A DNA stretch of 64,000 nucleotides from Anthoceros angustus (GCA_010909165.1 MU008173.1:744001-808000); one strand, 5' to 3'. Shown: positions 24,254-36,968, counted from the stretch's first letter. Made by a program: numbers and translations. Notes: a model not told the origin generated them from the sequence alone.

Positions 24254-27200
24254 ATGCTACCCATTGAGTCTCGAAAGTTCACCCACCGTGAAGAGAAGAC
24301 TCAAAGAAGAAGACAACGCCGTGCGTGGAGCGGCGAAGCATCGAGAGCCGAGGAGAGCACAGCAGCAACGACCTGGAGGAGCCAAGAAGCAACAGCTTAG
24401 GACCGATACCATCCTTGTCTTCCGACCTCCGCGGTCAACTTGTGCACCGTGAACTCAAGAACTTTTGACAAATGGCACAGAGATCCTGTTAGACCAACAA
24501 TCGCCGGATAGTGACGACCGCCATGGCGACTTCGGCCTTTTGCAATAACTACTACCATCCATACCCACCGTATGGAGAGAAGAAGGGTATGAAGATCCGA
24601 CGAGTTTGTTGAACGCTTTGAGCAACTAACCATTGCAAATCGTGAACTGGGATCAGCAAGATTCACTTTCTACGGAGTTCTTCATGGAGGGCCACCCAAG
24701 GGTACAAGAGAGTACCCCGCATCAAGACTCAAAGAACCTTCAACGAATCAAGAAAGCCTTTTGTGAGAGGTTCAGTGGAATAGATGAAGGCTACGTGTTG
24801 TCAAAGTTGGAGTTTTTGAGGAGAAGAAGGAAGGAGACTTGCAAGCTTATGTTGAGAGGTTCTTAACGTGATCGTAGTGGTCCTCACTCGATTATGTGCC
24901 ATTCGTGGTTGCTAAGGTTAGATCCCGATGGGCCGATGTGCCAAGCGGAGAAAGACGAGACAAGGCCATCAAGGCACTCAACTACGAAGAATCCAACCCT
25001 GGACAAGAAGAAGCACAAGAAGGAAAAGAAGAAGAAGAAGTCCAAGCGAGGAAGAAGGACAAGGGATCGCCGTGAGGAGGAAACTCGAGGAGAGTGACTC
25101 TCAAGACTGATTTGAGGACTTCCTGAGGATGAAACGGAGGAAACCCCAAGACGAAAGACGCAGGAAGAAGAAGAAGGTTGACGTCATAAGAAGAACCAAA
25201 GGCTCGAGGATCAAGGGAGCTGTATAAACAAGAGGTTGCTAGCAAGAAGGAAGTGAACAAGTCAAGAGGGAGGCCAAGAAGGTGCACAACAAGAAATGAA
25301 GATGGAGGAAATGATGAGCAAATTGAGAAGTTTCACCTCAACGCCGTGAAGGAGCATGAGAAGAGGAGAGTCATTCACCAGGCTAACCTGCTTTTGTTCC
25401 ACTTGTGGCTACCAAAGCACACCAAGTCCAACTGCGTGGCTAAGGTACACATGCTCGCCACGAGGAGTGGGGGGAACCCGCCGGAGGATACCTACCGCAT
25501 CCGTGAGGTTTCCTGCGGGGCATTCTCAAGATGCCCATGCCGATGTCATGGGAATCATGGGGCCGCATTCGTAACAACAAGTGCCTGTGTTGCCAACCAA
25601 GCAATGCAGGTCAACAGTTTTGGTCAATGCAAAATGCTCAGAAGAACAAGAAAAGAATGGAAGAACGGTGTGCCAAGACCCAGAAACCTGGAGAGCGGGG
25701 GAGTCCACTGCCCAAACGGGAAGAGAGAAGGAACCACCGAGAAGGTGATGAGGAGTTCGAAGGAGCCGGAGAAAAGAAGTTCCAAAGAAAAGGGAGAGGA
25801 ACCCGAGTTTCCACCGGACGGCCGGAAGTCATGGAGATGATAGAGGAGGAATTGACCAAGACAACAAACCGCCGAGCTCGTGATCCCGGAGATCGCAGAA
25901 GTCCTCTCGGTTAGCAACCGCTGCTAAGGCGGCCGCTGTTAAGCAACCGCCGACGTTGCTAAGGGAGCAACCGCGATCGCTGGGGAAGAAGGAGGGACCG
26001 ATCGAGGACCATTTAACCTTGCCAAGCCATCATGGATCGCAGCCATATTACGCTTGGTCAACTATTGAAGGACAACCAAGTACTGTGCAACAAGTTCGAG
26101 GGCCTTGCAAGAGGCAACCCAAGAGGAAGAGGCGATTGCCCAAGCCAGACCAAGGGTGCCGACCCTACAACAACCTAGTGTCCATGATATGACCAAGGGC
26201 CGGAGTCGCAAGTAGAGATCTCGCTCAAGGGTTCCCCGGATACCGGATCCGGTGAACATCATGACGGCAAGCAATTGAGCATACCACAATGAGATTACGA
26301 CATGTCAAAAATGCACTGTGGAGAATCAAGGGAGTAACCACCATCATAGGGACCATTCCCTATCTCATGGACTATGTGGTTATCCAAAGACAAGGCGCTG
26401 TGGCACGACATCCTATTGGGAAGGACCTCCGTATGGCTCAAGATGCAAGATGACTTGGGGAGGAAGTGGCTTTTAAGCCAATGGATTGGGACCCCAAGAC
26501 GAAGGAGGGCCGAATTTGTTTGAGTTGGAGCAGGATACCCACTGTGGGGAGACTCCTACAAAGAACGGAAGGATACACATCACCGAGAAACATCCGACCG
26601 GAGGAAGAAGGAGGAATCGACAAATTTCCTTGCACATATCGCATGGTCGATGAGGAGGAAGAGTATAGGAGGGATATCCCTTACTCCTCAATTTGGTGGA
26701 TCTGGTTCATGGAGGACCGCACCAGGAAGGAGATGCAACCGCTGCTAACGAGGGCTTGCTAAGGAAGCATCACCAACAAGGAAGTTGCTAAGGAAGGATC
26801 GAGGAGGGCAACAGCAGAGAGGGTGAGCTGGATCATTCGATTCACCTCCGAGGACCTATTTAGGAGTGATGAGGGAAGAGGACCTCGTGAACCGGAGGAA
26901 GGGTTTGGTGAGAGTTCGACCCGTGGAGCGAGAATGGGTACAAGCGAGAGATTAAGGATGTGGAGGTATTGCTCGAAGGTGCTGAAGTTTGCACGCCGGA
27001 ACCAGCGTTGGAAGAAGGAATGAAAGCCTTGCCGAGTTCATCGACGTGTTTGCTCGAGGTGATGATATGAAGGGATTCCCAAGAAGTGGGGAGCATAGGA
27101 TCGATTTGGAGCCGTGAGCGACTCCGGCGACCCCCAATACAAGCCGAACCCAAAGTACTCATCAAGGTGAAGGAGCAGCTTGAATTGTACTTGAAGGCGA

Positions 27201-29541
27201 CGCCATCTATCCAATCGAACACGGAGTGGGTGGCTCCGTTGTGGTTCAAGAAGTACCGGAAAGATTCGAGTATGCCAAGACCGAGGAAGCTCAACAAAGC
27301 AACCAAGAAGGACCATTTCCTCGCCATTCATCGACAACATCCCGGATTTGGTGGTCGGAAGATGTGTGTACTGCTCTGACGCACTGGGTACAATCACCGT
27401 GCACTTGAGGGAGAGTGACCGCCTCTAGCCTTCACAACGGATTGGGGACCTTCGACAAGAGGAGTGCTCGATTGACGGGCGGGTTCCTTCATGAGCATGG
27501 TTGAGATCTTCAAGGAGTATCTCCACAAGTTCATGGAGGTATTCCTAGATGATTTTGTGTGTTTGGGAGTGTGGAGGAGCACCGGATCACGGCGGCAGCT
27601 TGGCGAGGTGTCGTGAAACTCAACTTTGCCTACATCCCGAGAAATGCTACTTTGGCATGCGGAGGGATTTTGTTGGGGCAGTAATTTCAGCACGGGCATC
27701 AAGTTGATCCGCATAAGGTGAAGATGATTGTTGCCCGAAGCTAACAACTCTCAAGGAACTCCGGGGTTCCTTGGCATGGTGGGCTACCGACGCTTTGTGC
27801 CTAACTTTGCTAGGAGGGCTCGACCGGACCTTGTTGAGGAAGGACCAAGAGTGGACCGACAAATGAGAGGGAGGCAGATTTCAAGATTTGAGGACCTGGT
27901 AATGCCCAACCCTCAAGGGACCGGATTGAACAAGAAGTTCCGTTGTACGTGATGTTTCCGCCGCCATTGGTACGCCTTGAGCCGGATGACAAGAAGAGGG
28001 ACTACCCAATCTACTACGCGGACGAACTCACCGGCGCGGAGTACACAACAACCGAAAGGGAAGCCCTTGGGATGGTGTATTCAAGAAGGAAGTTTCGCCA
28101 TTATCTCCTCTCCTATGAGTTTGTGTTCCATGTTGACCATTTTGCTCTCAAGCATCTTGTCAACAAGGCGGATCTTCGGTCGCATAGCTCGTTGGATCTT
28201 CCGCTGTAAGAGTTCACCACGGTGGAGACACGTGAGGGGAAGCATGTGAACCGACTACTTGTCTCGCTTGAAGACGGAAGGTGGAGCATGATCAAGAAGA
28301 TCATTTTCCGGATGAAGCTTTTGTTGGAGGAGGAAGAGGAGAGTGCTAGGCCCAATGCCAAGTTGACTGAAACGGAGGTACAAGACCAAATGAGAAGGGA
28401 GGGAGAAGTTTGCCACCTATGAGGAGGTCTTTCGCTTTTAGCAATGGTCGATACCAATGCATCACACAACAAAGAACAGAGGTTGTTCCTATACTTCCGC
28501 ACTGCTGTTAAGCGACAAGATGCAGTGGTAGATGGAGTTGAGAGGTTGTGGGTCAAGGATGGTCAAAAGGACCGGGTTCTGCTGCATGAGGAGGAGGTCA
28601 CGCCGCCAACGTGACTGTAAGAAGATCTTGGAGGCGTGGTATTGGTGGCCAACCTTGCACGATGCTAGGGAGTTCATCAAGCTGCCAGGATGCATGTCAA
28701 AGGGTTGAAGCCAACCAGACCACACAAGGGCCATTGGTCCCTATCCTAGCCTTGGCGCCTTTGAGAAGTGGGGATTGACTTCAATGATTCCCAAGACCAA
28801 GGGAGCCAACCAATATATTCGTAGCAACGACCACTGCACGCATGGTGGAAGCTCAAGCCTTGCCCGTGGACACAGAAATGTGGTGGCTGTGTTCTTGTTT
28901 GAGCATCATCAAGGTACATGGTGCTGGAGTTGGTTAGTGGTACCCATTTCATCAACGAGGTGATCTCACACATGGTGAAGTACTTCAACATCACCACGTG
29001 AAGACCACCCCTACAACCCCAAGGCGAATGGACTCACGAGAAAGCTAATGGATTGCTTTGCAGATCCTCAACAAGTTAACCATCACCTACACCTACGATT
29101 GGGACCGGAAGCTTCACCTGCCAGGGCGACAGTGAGAAGGTGACCACACAATGCACTCTACTACCTCACCTATGGGCACTCACCACCATGCCCATTGAGT
29201 TTGAAGTGCCAACGCTGAGAGTCCAAGAGCATAGAGGATGACGGTGGAGGAGAGCCGCTTGGAGAGGCTCATAGGCTTTGTTCAAGACATGGAGACAGGA
29301 ACAAGCCTTGGCGCCCCATGTAACGTCCCAAGAGAAGAGGAAGGAATGGCATGACCTAAGTTGCAAAAACAAGAGTACGTTGTTCCGGGACTTGCTGTCA
29401 GATGACAACAGTACATGCACTTCGAAGTCGCATCTTAGATGGATGGGTCCCGGTGCCGCAAGTGTTCGACAATGGATCCATACAACAGATGATTTCCTCG
29501 CTACAACCGTGGTCAATGGTTGGCGTGAAGAAGTATTATTA
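24254..29541 (+). pseudogene. gag-pol polyprotein, unit 3 (frameshifted)
   Basis: Same domain series as units 1 and 2; zinc knuckle CSTCGYQ.H....C at ~25396; FLDDF at ~27543; integrase ends VNGWREEVLL/KKYY. Confidence 0.9.
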
Positions 29542-30825
29542 CTTGGCGGGACGCCAACAAATGAGAAGGGGAGTATGTGGTGACCACATGGGTACTGCAT
29601 TTAAAAGGAGTGTTTTTTTGTTTTGTGTTTAAGTTGTGAGAATCGTGGAGTTGGAATGTGAAGTAGGTTAGGAAATAAGAAAAGTCTACTAGAGCCTAGT
29701 AGGAGGAAGAGAGTCTAGTCCCGATCCCGGATGTAACCCCTGAGGGTTGGCTGCTCGACCGTTGTTAACACGGGACGCTGATGGTCAGACTGTTATGACA
29801 AAGAACCGACTGGGGAGCTATGGTAGCAACCAAGTCGGAGTTATTTTCCGATAAATTCGAAATCCAATTGAGCGAAATCATTGGAAATACCCAACGGAAG
29901 TAACGGGGGGTCCTATAGCAATTAAGTCCATGGAAGGAGGAATTAAGTCGAGGCACGCCTCAAGCTCGAGCGTGGACGAGACCGAGCGAACGGCGAGGAA
30001 CGGGCGGCACGGAGTCTGGAGGCATCGGCCGCGACGAGCGCAGGAGAAGGCCGAATCGTTGAGTGGCAGTCCGGATGCGGCGATGAAGCGGTAGAAAGCA
30101 GGCCGAGCGGTGACTCCTGGCGGGCGAGGGGAGCGAGCAACGGCGATTGGTGAAGCTGCGCGCATGGCGGGGCAAGCAGCGCGGCAGAATTCCAACTGGG
30201 GAATAATCGGGCCGAGCAGCCCGGAAGTGGGCGGCGGCGCGACGGCCGGTAATGGAGAAGAAATCGAGGAGAGCGGTGGATCGAAGGAGGGCCGAGGAAT
30301 TGCCGCAGGAAAGAGGTGGCGTGCACGGGTAGGGTGCAATTGCGGCACGCACTAAGGGAGCTGCGGATTGGCGGGCGAGACGGCGCACTGTGGGGGTCAC
30401 CGCTCAACCGTGGTTGGATACCCGCACTCACATATTTGAGTGGCGAATTGGCTTGAGCCGAGCAAAGCATGTTGACGTAGTGGAATTGAGGGTTCCAATT
30501 CCGTGGTGGTGCTCAGCCGGATCGGGTCCTAAAAATAGTGACGGTGGAATAGAGGGTGGTCGGACGCTGTGTCGTGGGGACACGAGATACCAAGCCGAGG
30601 CAAGAGACAATGTAGGAGGAGGTTGATGGATTCCAAGAAAAATCAGGCACTCGCCAATCGTGGAGATGGGTACGAGGAGCCGAGCGCACCCTAGGGGATC
30701 CTTGCCAGCCGAAGAAATTTCGAGAGGAGTCGACTCGAAAGGCGACCCCAAGACGTAAGGCTTGTGGGGAAGTCGCGGTAGCCGGACACTTTGCTCAGAA
30801 CTCTAAGCTCGCCACGACAAGGAGC

Positions 30826-32812
30826 ATGGGACCTAAGAAGAACACTCCGGTGGCCATTGAGGCCATTACCACCGCCCAATGGCCCAACATGGGGCAATCG
30901 GAGAGTGAAAGCGGTTCTTGGTGGCTAAGCATCACTTGTCCTTCATGGACAAAAAGTGGTGCCAAGACTGTAGTTGGTTGGAATGCTGACACATGAGGGA
31001 GAAGGCCAGGGAAGGCAACACGAGAACCAACCCCGCACTGAATATTCATTGTTCCAGTGCCTATGAGAGGCCTCAAGAGGAATGTGGTGGAATAATCATT
31101 GATCCTTTCAGAAGCCATCTCCCAAAAGCCGGAGGCACAAGTCGCCATTGCTCCCACATTGTCTAGGGTGGAGAATGGCTGGGTCACCAACAAGTTAGAC
31201 CGAGGGCCGGATTAGCCAGTGGATCCTGGCTCTCACTCACTAAGAAGCTAGAGCACACGACCATTTTCTTGTCTTTCTATGAGGTGGTGAGAGGGTCCAA
31301 GATAGATTGGGCTAGGATGTTCTATGACACAAGATGTGGAGAGAGGGACCACTTGACCCTACCATCACCCCTCCGCCCTCTATCTCCCTTCTTAATCCAC
31401 GTTTTGACCATGCCAAGTTGCCGGAGGGATAGAGATGGTCTCACCTTTCCATGCCCGGAGGCCGTGTTTGAAAGAAGGAAGCCCAAAGAGGAGTCGAGGA
31501 AGAGGCCATCTCCAGTGGCAGGAGTGAAGATGAGAAGTCCAAGTGTCCATGAAGAGGAATGTGGCTAAGGTCACGGCAACAAAGCAACTGGAGTTAAGAC
31601 CCCAACAGCACCAAGAGAGTCCGAGCAACAGGGACTCCAACCACTCCTAGAGCCACAAGAGCACGACGGGAGCTCACCGATGTACAGACAAGGAAAGGCC
31701 AGCAAGCCTGCAGAGCCGTGGGAAACCAGTCAACAGGAGGAATCACCAACCTTGGGCACGCCGAGCCGATCCGAGAAAGTCACTACTGCTCAAGGTGACC
31801 TCAAGTATACCCCTAAGTGGTCGGGGGAGAGCCGGCCATGAAGATAGGAAGGAGGAACCCATCCCCAAGGGTTTGGGGCCTAACATCACCGCAAGAGCGG
31901 TCTCGGCTATGGCACGACTAGGTGAGATGGAGGACCGATAGCTCGTCCTCTTTGTTAGGTTTACAAAGAGGGGAAGCAACAGGAGCAAAGGAGCTCCAGG
32001 AATGAAGGAGAAGGAGGTCTTGAGGAAGGCGAAGTGGAAATAAAGAAGGTCCGAGAAGAGTTGCAAGACCAAGGATCGGGAAACCCTCATGGTTCACCTT
32101 CCTGACGACAAAGCACCATAGGGGAGCCGCACGTCATCTCGATGCGCAAGTAAACCGGATGCCTACGCCACAAGAAGGAGAGGGACGAGGCAAGGAAAGG
32201 TCGGAAAGAGGCCAAGAGGGCTGTGGATTGCAAGGAGAGCCACCGTGGAAGATGCGAGCCTCCATGGAAGAATCGTCGAGTTAGCAACACCGAGGAGGTT
32301 GCTAAGCAAGCAACCGCCGCTAAGGAAGCAACCTGCACTGCTAAGGGAGCAACAGCTCCAAGACCAGCTACAACAAGGAAGAAGGGGCAACAGTAAGACT
32401 GTGAGGAGGACAAACAGCTGTGGGAGCGGGTAAGCACCGCCTAAGAAGTCTAACTTCCCAATGGTGCATTAGATTGAGGGATGCTTATCAAGATAACCAT
32501 GTGCCCGGATTCTCCTTGGAGAGAAGATTGTCTCCCGAAAGTTTATGTTGTTGTGGGCATGTGGGGACATGGAGGTACTTGATCCATGCCTTGACGGCAC
32601 GGATCCTACCTATGGGTTGGATTCTTAAGGAGGAAACTCTCACCGACCCATCCAGATTCAAGAGCTCACCGAGGAGGAGTACCGACTATGCGAGCACAAG
32701 AGAGAGAGGAGTCCTGAGGAGGTGGAGATTTTATGGGAGAGATTGCCCAACCAGCCAAGAGGGAGGAGAGCAAGAGGAGAACATGGGGCTAGGCGGCCTA
32801 GGAGGCCTGTGG
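30826..32812 (+). pseudogene. Extra ORF 3' of pol, unit 3, frameshifted
   Basis: ATG at 30826; ORF 31269-31568 FYEVVRGSKIDWARMFYDTRCGERDHLTLPSP..LSPFLIHV; ORF 32420-32905 KHRLRSLTSQWCIRLRDAYQDNHVPGF. Confidence 0.7.
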
Positions 32813-33796
32813 AGAGGTAATAGGGTAAGGCCTCAAATAGCTAAAGGCCCATGTGTTATAGATCAGAATCTTATCCTCCTCATAGTGGATGTAATTAATA
32901 GATAGGCCTCTAGGATTGGTAGGCTAAGACCGATTGGTGGCGCCCAAGCCAGGGTGATCTTGGGTATAAGAGGCGCCCTCTTGATGAAATGTAAGCAATG
33001 TTGGCCTAAAGTCTCTGTTTTGAGTACACGGGTTTGGGAGGGTTCCTGATCCAAAGGGTAAGCCTGCACCGCCTCCGCCTTAGGGGAGTGAGAAGACTAC
33101 TGTTGCCCAGATCCGGTGGCCGATCCGCAAGAGTGGTGGAAAGCAAGGGAGGGAGCCTTGTGGATCTCCTTGGAGGAGTCCTCAAGGTCAAGAGGAAGGG
33201 GGTGAAGCCGGGAGGTCCCCTCCTTTACTCATTCTCTGCAGCTTGTCTAGTACTCACCAGGTGTTTAAGTTTTTCAGAAAGTGTCGGGAGGAGAAAAGAA
33301 GACAAGGCGAGAGCCTGTGTGTGGAAGACCAAAGGCCGAGAGGAGGCAAGGAAGTCAAGAAGTGCTACAAGAGTGAGAGGAGGGTTATGAGCAGAATCGA
33401 TTGGTGGATCTAACCGTGGATGGGCAAGAGAGAGAGAGAGAGAGAGAGAGGGTCGCCTTATCCACTTGGATCCCGTGGGTCCCACCTTCTATTAATAGCC
33501 GACCGATCCCAAGGTGGACCCCACTGCATAGAGGGTGGTTGCTAAGCAAGCAACCGGTCCCGTCTGCTGCTAAGGTAGCATCAGGTCGCGGCCAAGATAG
33601 CCATGTGTCCGAGTATTGTTAGGATAGTAGTCTCGGTCTCAGAATCGCTATATGTTTGTGTTCCGTTGTTGGATTGGCTATGTTTTGGTTGTCTTGACAC
33701 GAAATCACTCCCTTGGGTACGAATCTCAAGTCTACAACGATAAAGAGGGTAAATGTGGCCTCTTTGTGACCACTTGGTTTAGAAAATCACTCCACA
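32808..33796 (+). repeat. LTR 4 (~989 bp), terminal 3' LTR of the array
   Basis: TGTGGAG...CTCCACA, a 7 bp perfect terminal inverted repeat. Not followed by a PBS but by unrelated sequence (ATTAC...). Confidence 0.9.
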
Positions 33797-35221
33797 ATTA
33801 CATATTACTCCAACCTTCTTGTTACCTCTTGCAGGTGTTGAAGAAGATGAAATTCTCCATGAGGAGAGTTTGGATTCGGGCGAAAGGTGTAAGGTCCTTT
33901 GCCCCGCCCTCGGCCTCGACCTCTACCTCTGCCTCTTCTAGTGAACATCACCATGTTGTCTGGTGGAGCGCGTGTCACGACGACGGCTTGAGTCCTCATG
34001 TATTATGGCTCCTATTAATTCGTTTAAGCTGATATCCAGCGTTGGGGAGCCAGTGGACGCCATTTCCTTCTTAGCATTACGAAGGACCGCATTTTGTGTT
34101 GTCACAAATGCCCAATAGGAAGGTGGTAATGTGGATAAGAGATTGATGAATGCATTTTTCTCGGAGATCTTCTCGCCAGATGCTGCTTCGAATTTTTTTA
34201 AGCCAATCTAAAAGCACTGATATGGCTCTCAATGGAATTGTTTTCTCTCATCTTGAGATTCTGGAAATTTCGGGTGGCCGTCAATATGCTCATCACATCA
34301 TTGGAGGCATATATTTGGGCAAGATGGTCCCACATTTCCTTGGAGGTTCCTGCTTCAGAGACTTGTGGAACCATTGATTCGGTAAGTCCACTTATGATGA
34401 TATCCTGAGCCTTTTGATCCTTAATGTCCCACTCTTCCTGAATGTCCCACTCTGCCGCATTCTCCGTGAACCATAGTTGTATGTGAGTCATGTTTCTTCT
34501 TCTTCCACTCTGCGTCCCATTTGGCTCTTTCTTCTAAAAGCCAGTTTTTAAGCTTTTCGGCGTCCTCGTTTGAATTTGTAACCTCGTCAATCACTTGCTC
34601 CTCAAACATTGCAGTTGATGTTCAATGAAGAAAGTTGGAACATGCTTGACGCGGAGTCCTTTTGATAACTTTGGGAGTAACGCGTGAGCACATGCTGCAC
34701 TTCTTCATTGTTTTGTTGTTGCAAATATCTGTATTGCTCCAGACAGAAAGATTAGAAGTATTAACTTCTTCAACAGTTAATTTCTCAACACCTTTAGAGA
34801 TTAGATGTATCTCTTGGGTGAGGTAATTCAATCTCTCATCAGTTGAAGTATGAATTTCTATAACTTCTGATCTAATGGAATTGAGTGATTGTTGCAATTT
34901 ATTTGGGTTAGGAAAGAAAGTCCTAGTCTTTGTATTGATGAATTGAGAAATTGCTGACTCAATAGCACCTATTTGGTAACGACTAAAGGTGGAGAGCAAG
35001 GCCCTTCTAGCTAATATGATGGACTTCACTCTATGTTTTGACTTAGAGAGAAGAGCAGATATCAAATTACAAACATGGACTTCAAGCAAATCATATTCAT
35101 GTTGGGAGTCGGGATCAAACTCCTCTGATGAAACTTCTATGAAATCCTTTTGTTGCCTCCTCTTTCTCTGGGTCTTGACTTTCCTCCTTCTTCCTTGTTC
35201 GCTAGGATTTGGGAAATCCAC
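33797..35221 (-). pseudogene. Ty1/copia element A gag with long N-terminal extension, cut off by the gypsy array
   Basis: 34198-34491 reads WDIKDQKAQDIIISGLTESMVPQVSEAGTSKEMWDHLAQIY..FQNLKMRENNSIESHI (copia gag/UBN2-like). 33805-33999 has an RGRGRG tract of the kind that precedes a zinc knuckle. Upstream ORFs 34622-35221 and 34421-34609 lie between the PBS and this core. Confidence 0.75.
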
Positions 35222-35375
35222 GATGAGCGAAAAGAGAATGGATGCACAAGTTGCGCATCCTTAGAAAACTTGATTGCTGCCCAAGATGAAGTCTCCGCGA
35301 TGCATGATTCGCAAACGATGAAGATTAGAGTAGCATTGGGCAGAGGATAGTGTAGAGCTCAAGCATAGAGAGCTA

Positions 35376-35389
35376 TGGCTCTGATACCA
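35376..35389 (-). promoter_or_regulatory. PBS tRNA-iMet of copia A
   Basis: Minus strand TGGTATCAGAGCCA directly abutting the LTR end. Confidence 0.9.
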
Positions 35390-35631
35390 TGATGAGAATC
35401 AATAGCTCTTAGGCACAAAGTGCTAGAATACAATGAATTAAGAAATCAAAGAGTACAAGCCTATTTAAAGGCCATATGGTTGCAACCATAAGTTGTTGCA
35501 ACCAACTTGTAACCATAAAGTAGTTATAACTAATAACTACCATCTACTAACTACCAAAAAATAACTACCTATGCCCTAGCATTTAATTAATCATTAAATG
35601 CTATTGCCCTAGAAGGTCATATATTTCATCA
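35390..35631 (-). repeat. 5' LTR of copia A (242 bp)
   Basis: TGATGA...TCATCA terminal inverted repeat, AT-rich, adjacent to the iMet PBS, TATA-like TTTAAATAG on the minus strand. Confidence 0.8.
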
Positions 35632-35803
35632 TATTCTATATATTGGCATGGTAGCCAACATCATGGGTATTTATGTCATCTGTATGTATGTATAAATGCA
35701 GGTGTGTGAGGTATAATAGCATATCAAGGGTCTTGTGAGAGAAAGAGAGGCCCAACCCCTCTGTAGCTTTACAGGGTATGTCTAGACCCACGAGTCTCTA
35801 ACA
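35632..35803 (+). repeat. Possible fragment of a third, unrelated LTR
   Basis: Contains TATAAAT and ends CTCTAACA, an LTR-like end; no similarity to the copia A or B LTRs; no PBS follows. Confidence 0.3.
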
Positions 35804-36080
35804 TTAGCCTTGGAGCACGCTAGAACCAAGTGCTGCCCCGACATCCAACAGCTTGGCACCCTCGGCGGGACTCACTGCTGGGGCCCGAGCCTAGTTTGCA
35901 ACTTGTTCCTAAAACCTCCTCATCTCCTGGATGGAACTCCCCGCAACCTTTGTCTTGTGTGTATTGTAGAAGCCATGAGGAGAGAATCTGCTGAAGCACG
36001 GAGAGGGAGAAAGCGGCAATCAGAACAACTCCGTATAGCTGAAGAAGAGCTACCACAAATTTCGCCTCTACCTTTCGGAT

Positions 36081-36968
36081 TTGTTCAGCTTCCCTTGTAT
36101 TGGCAGAAAATGTGGCGACACAAGTAGAGGGTGCCCGCTCGGACTCCCAATCTTTTCTTCGCTTGCAACAATTAGGTGCAATATGCCCTTTCTTCTAGCA
36201 ATAATAGCAAGTCTTGTCCTTGTGAGCAAGATAGTTCGAAGGAAAACATATGTTTTGTTTGTTGACACGGCCACTCCACCTGGATTTGTAGGGCGTTTGC
36301 CTTGTTTGTTTTTCCAAGATCGACCTCCAGCATAGACGGCCGCTGTGCCGAGTGAAGATTGTGAGGCATAGCTATCTGACCTCATCAGAACTTTATGACA
36401 GATCTTGACAAGGAGAGAGTTAAAGTCTAGGGAATTGTTTCCATGTAGGCTAGATTGTGTGGAAACAAAAGGTTGCCACATGGGTGGCAAAGCCCTCAAT
36501 AATAAGATGACTTGCTGATCATCAGAGATTGTGAGCTCCAAAGACAAGGCTTCATTTAGGGCTGTTTCCCATGATAATAAGAAATCTGAGACAAACTCAT
36601 CCGACCTAAGTTTTTGTGCAACCAACTTCTCCAGTGAAAGGATTTGCGTGGTTGCATGCTAGTTGCCTAGAATGAGCTTTTTAAAGTCACGTAGAGTTGG
36701 ATGTGGAACATCTTTTAATTTTAAGTAATAACCTATCACTAATATGAAGGATGATCTCAGATTGTGCAAGAGCATCTTTTTCTAGCCAATCAAGCTCATT
36801 AGCATGGTTTGATGCTGATTTTGATAGTGAGCCATCTACGATAGTCCAGATCTTATGACGGATCAAAAGGGATTTGATTCTAACGGACCATATGTGCCAA
36901 TTGGTGCTAGAGAGTTTGTGTATAACGAAAGTTCTAGAAGAACTACATTGATTAGACATTTTAAGCAA
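36081..36968 (-). pseudogene. Ty1/copia element B gag (decayed)
   Basis: KLSSTNWHIWSVRIKSLLIRHKIWTIVDG (copia gag N-terminus), VILLLRALPPMWQPFV, and zinc knuckle TCYYC*KKGHIAPNC at ~36170-36215. Confidence 0.85.

Larger units (their letters stand above)
1..33796 (+). mobile_element. Tandem head-to-tail array of an Athila-like Ty3/gypsy LTR retrotransposon, LTRs shared between units (3.4 units visible, left end outside window)
   Basis: The same ~10 kb unit recurs: anchor caaaaacaagagtacgttg near 6, 9622, 19866 and 29365; LTR ends at 4360, 14464, 24156 and 33796. Domain order is gag-PR(DTGS)-RT-RH-INT(GPY/F, no chromodomain). The RT motif EVFLDDF resembles Athila EVFMDDF. The PBS is tRNA-Asp-like and there is an extra ORF 3' of pol. 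Confidence 0.93.
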
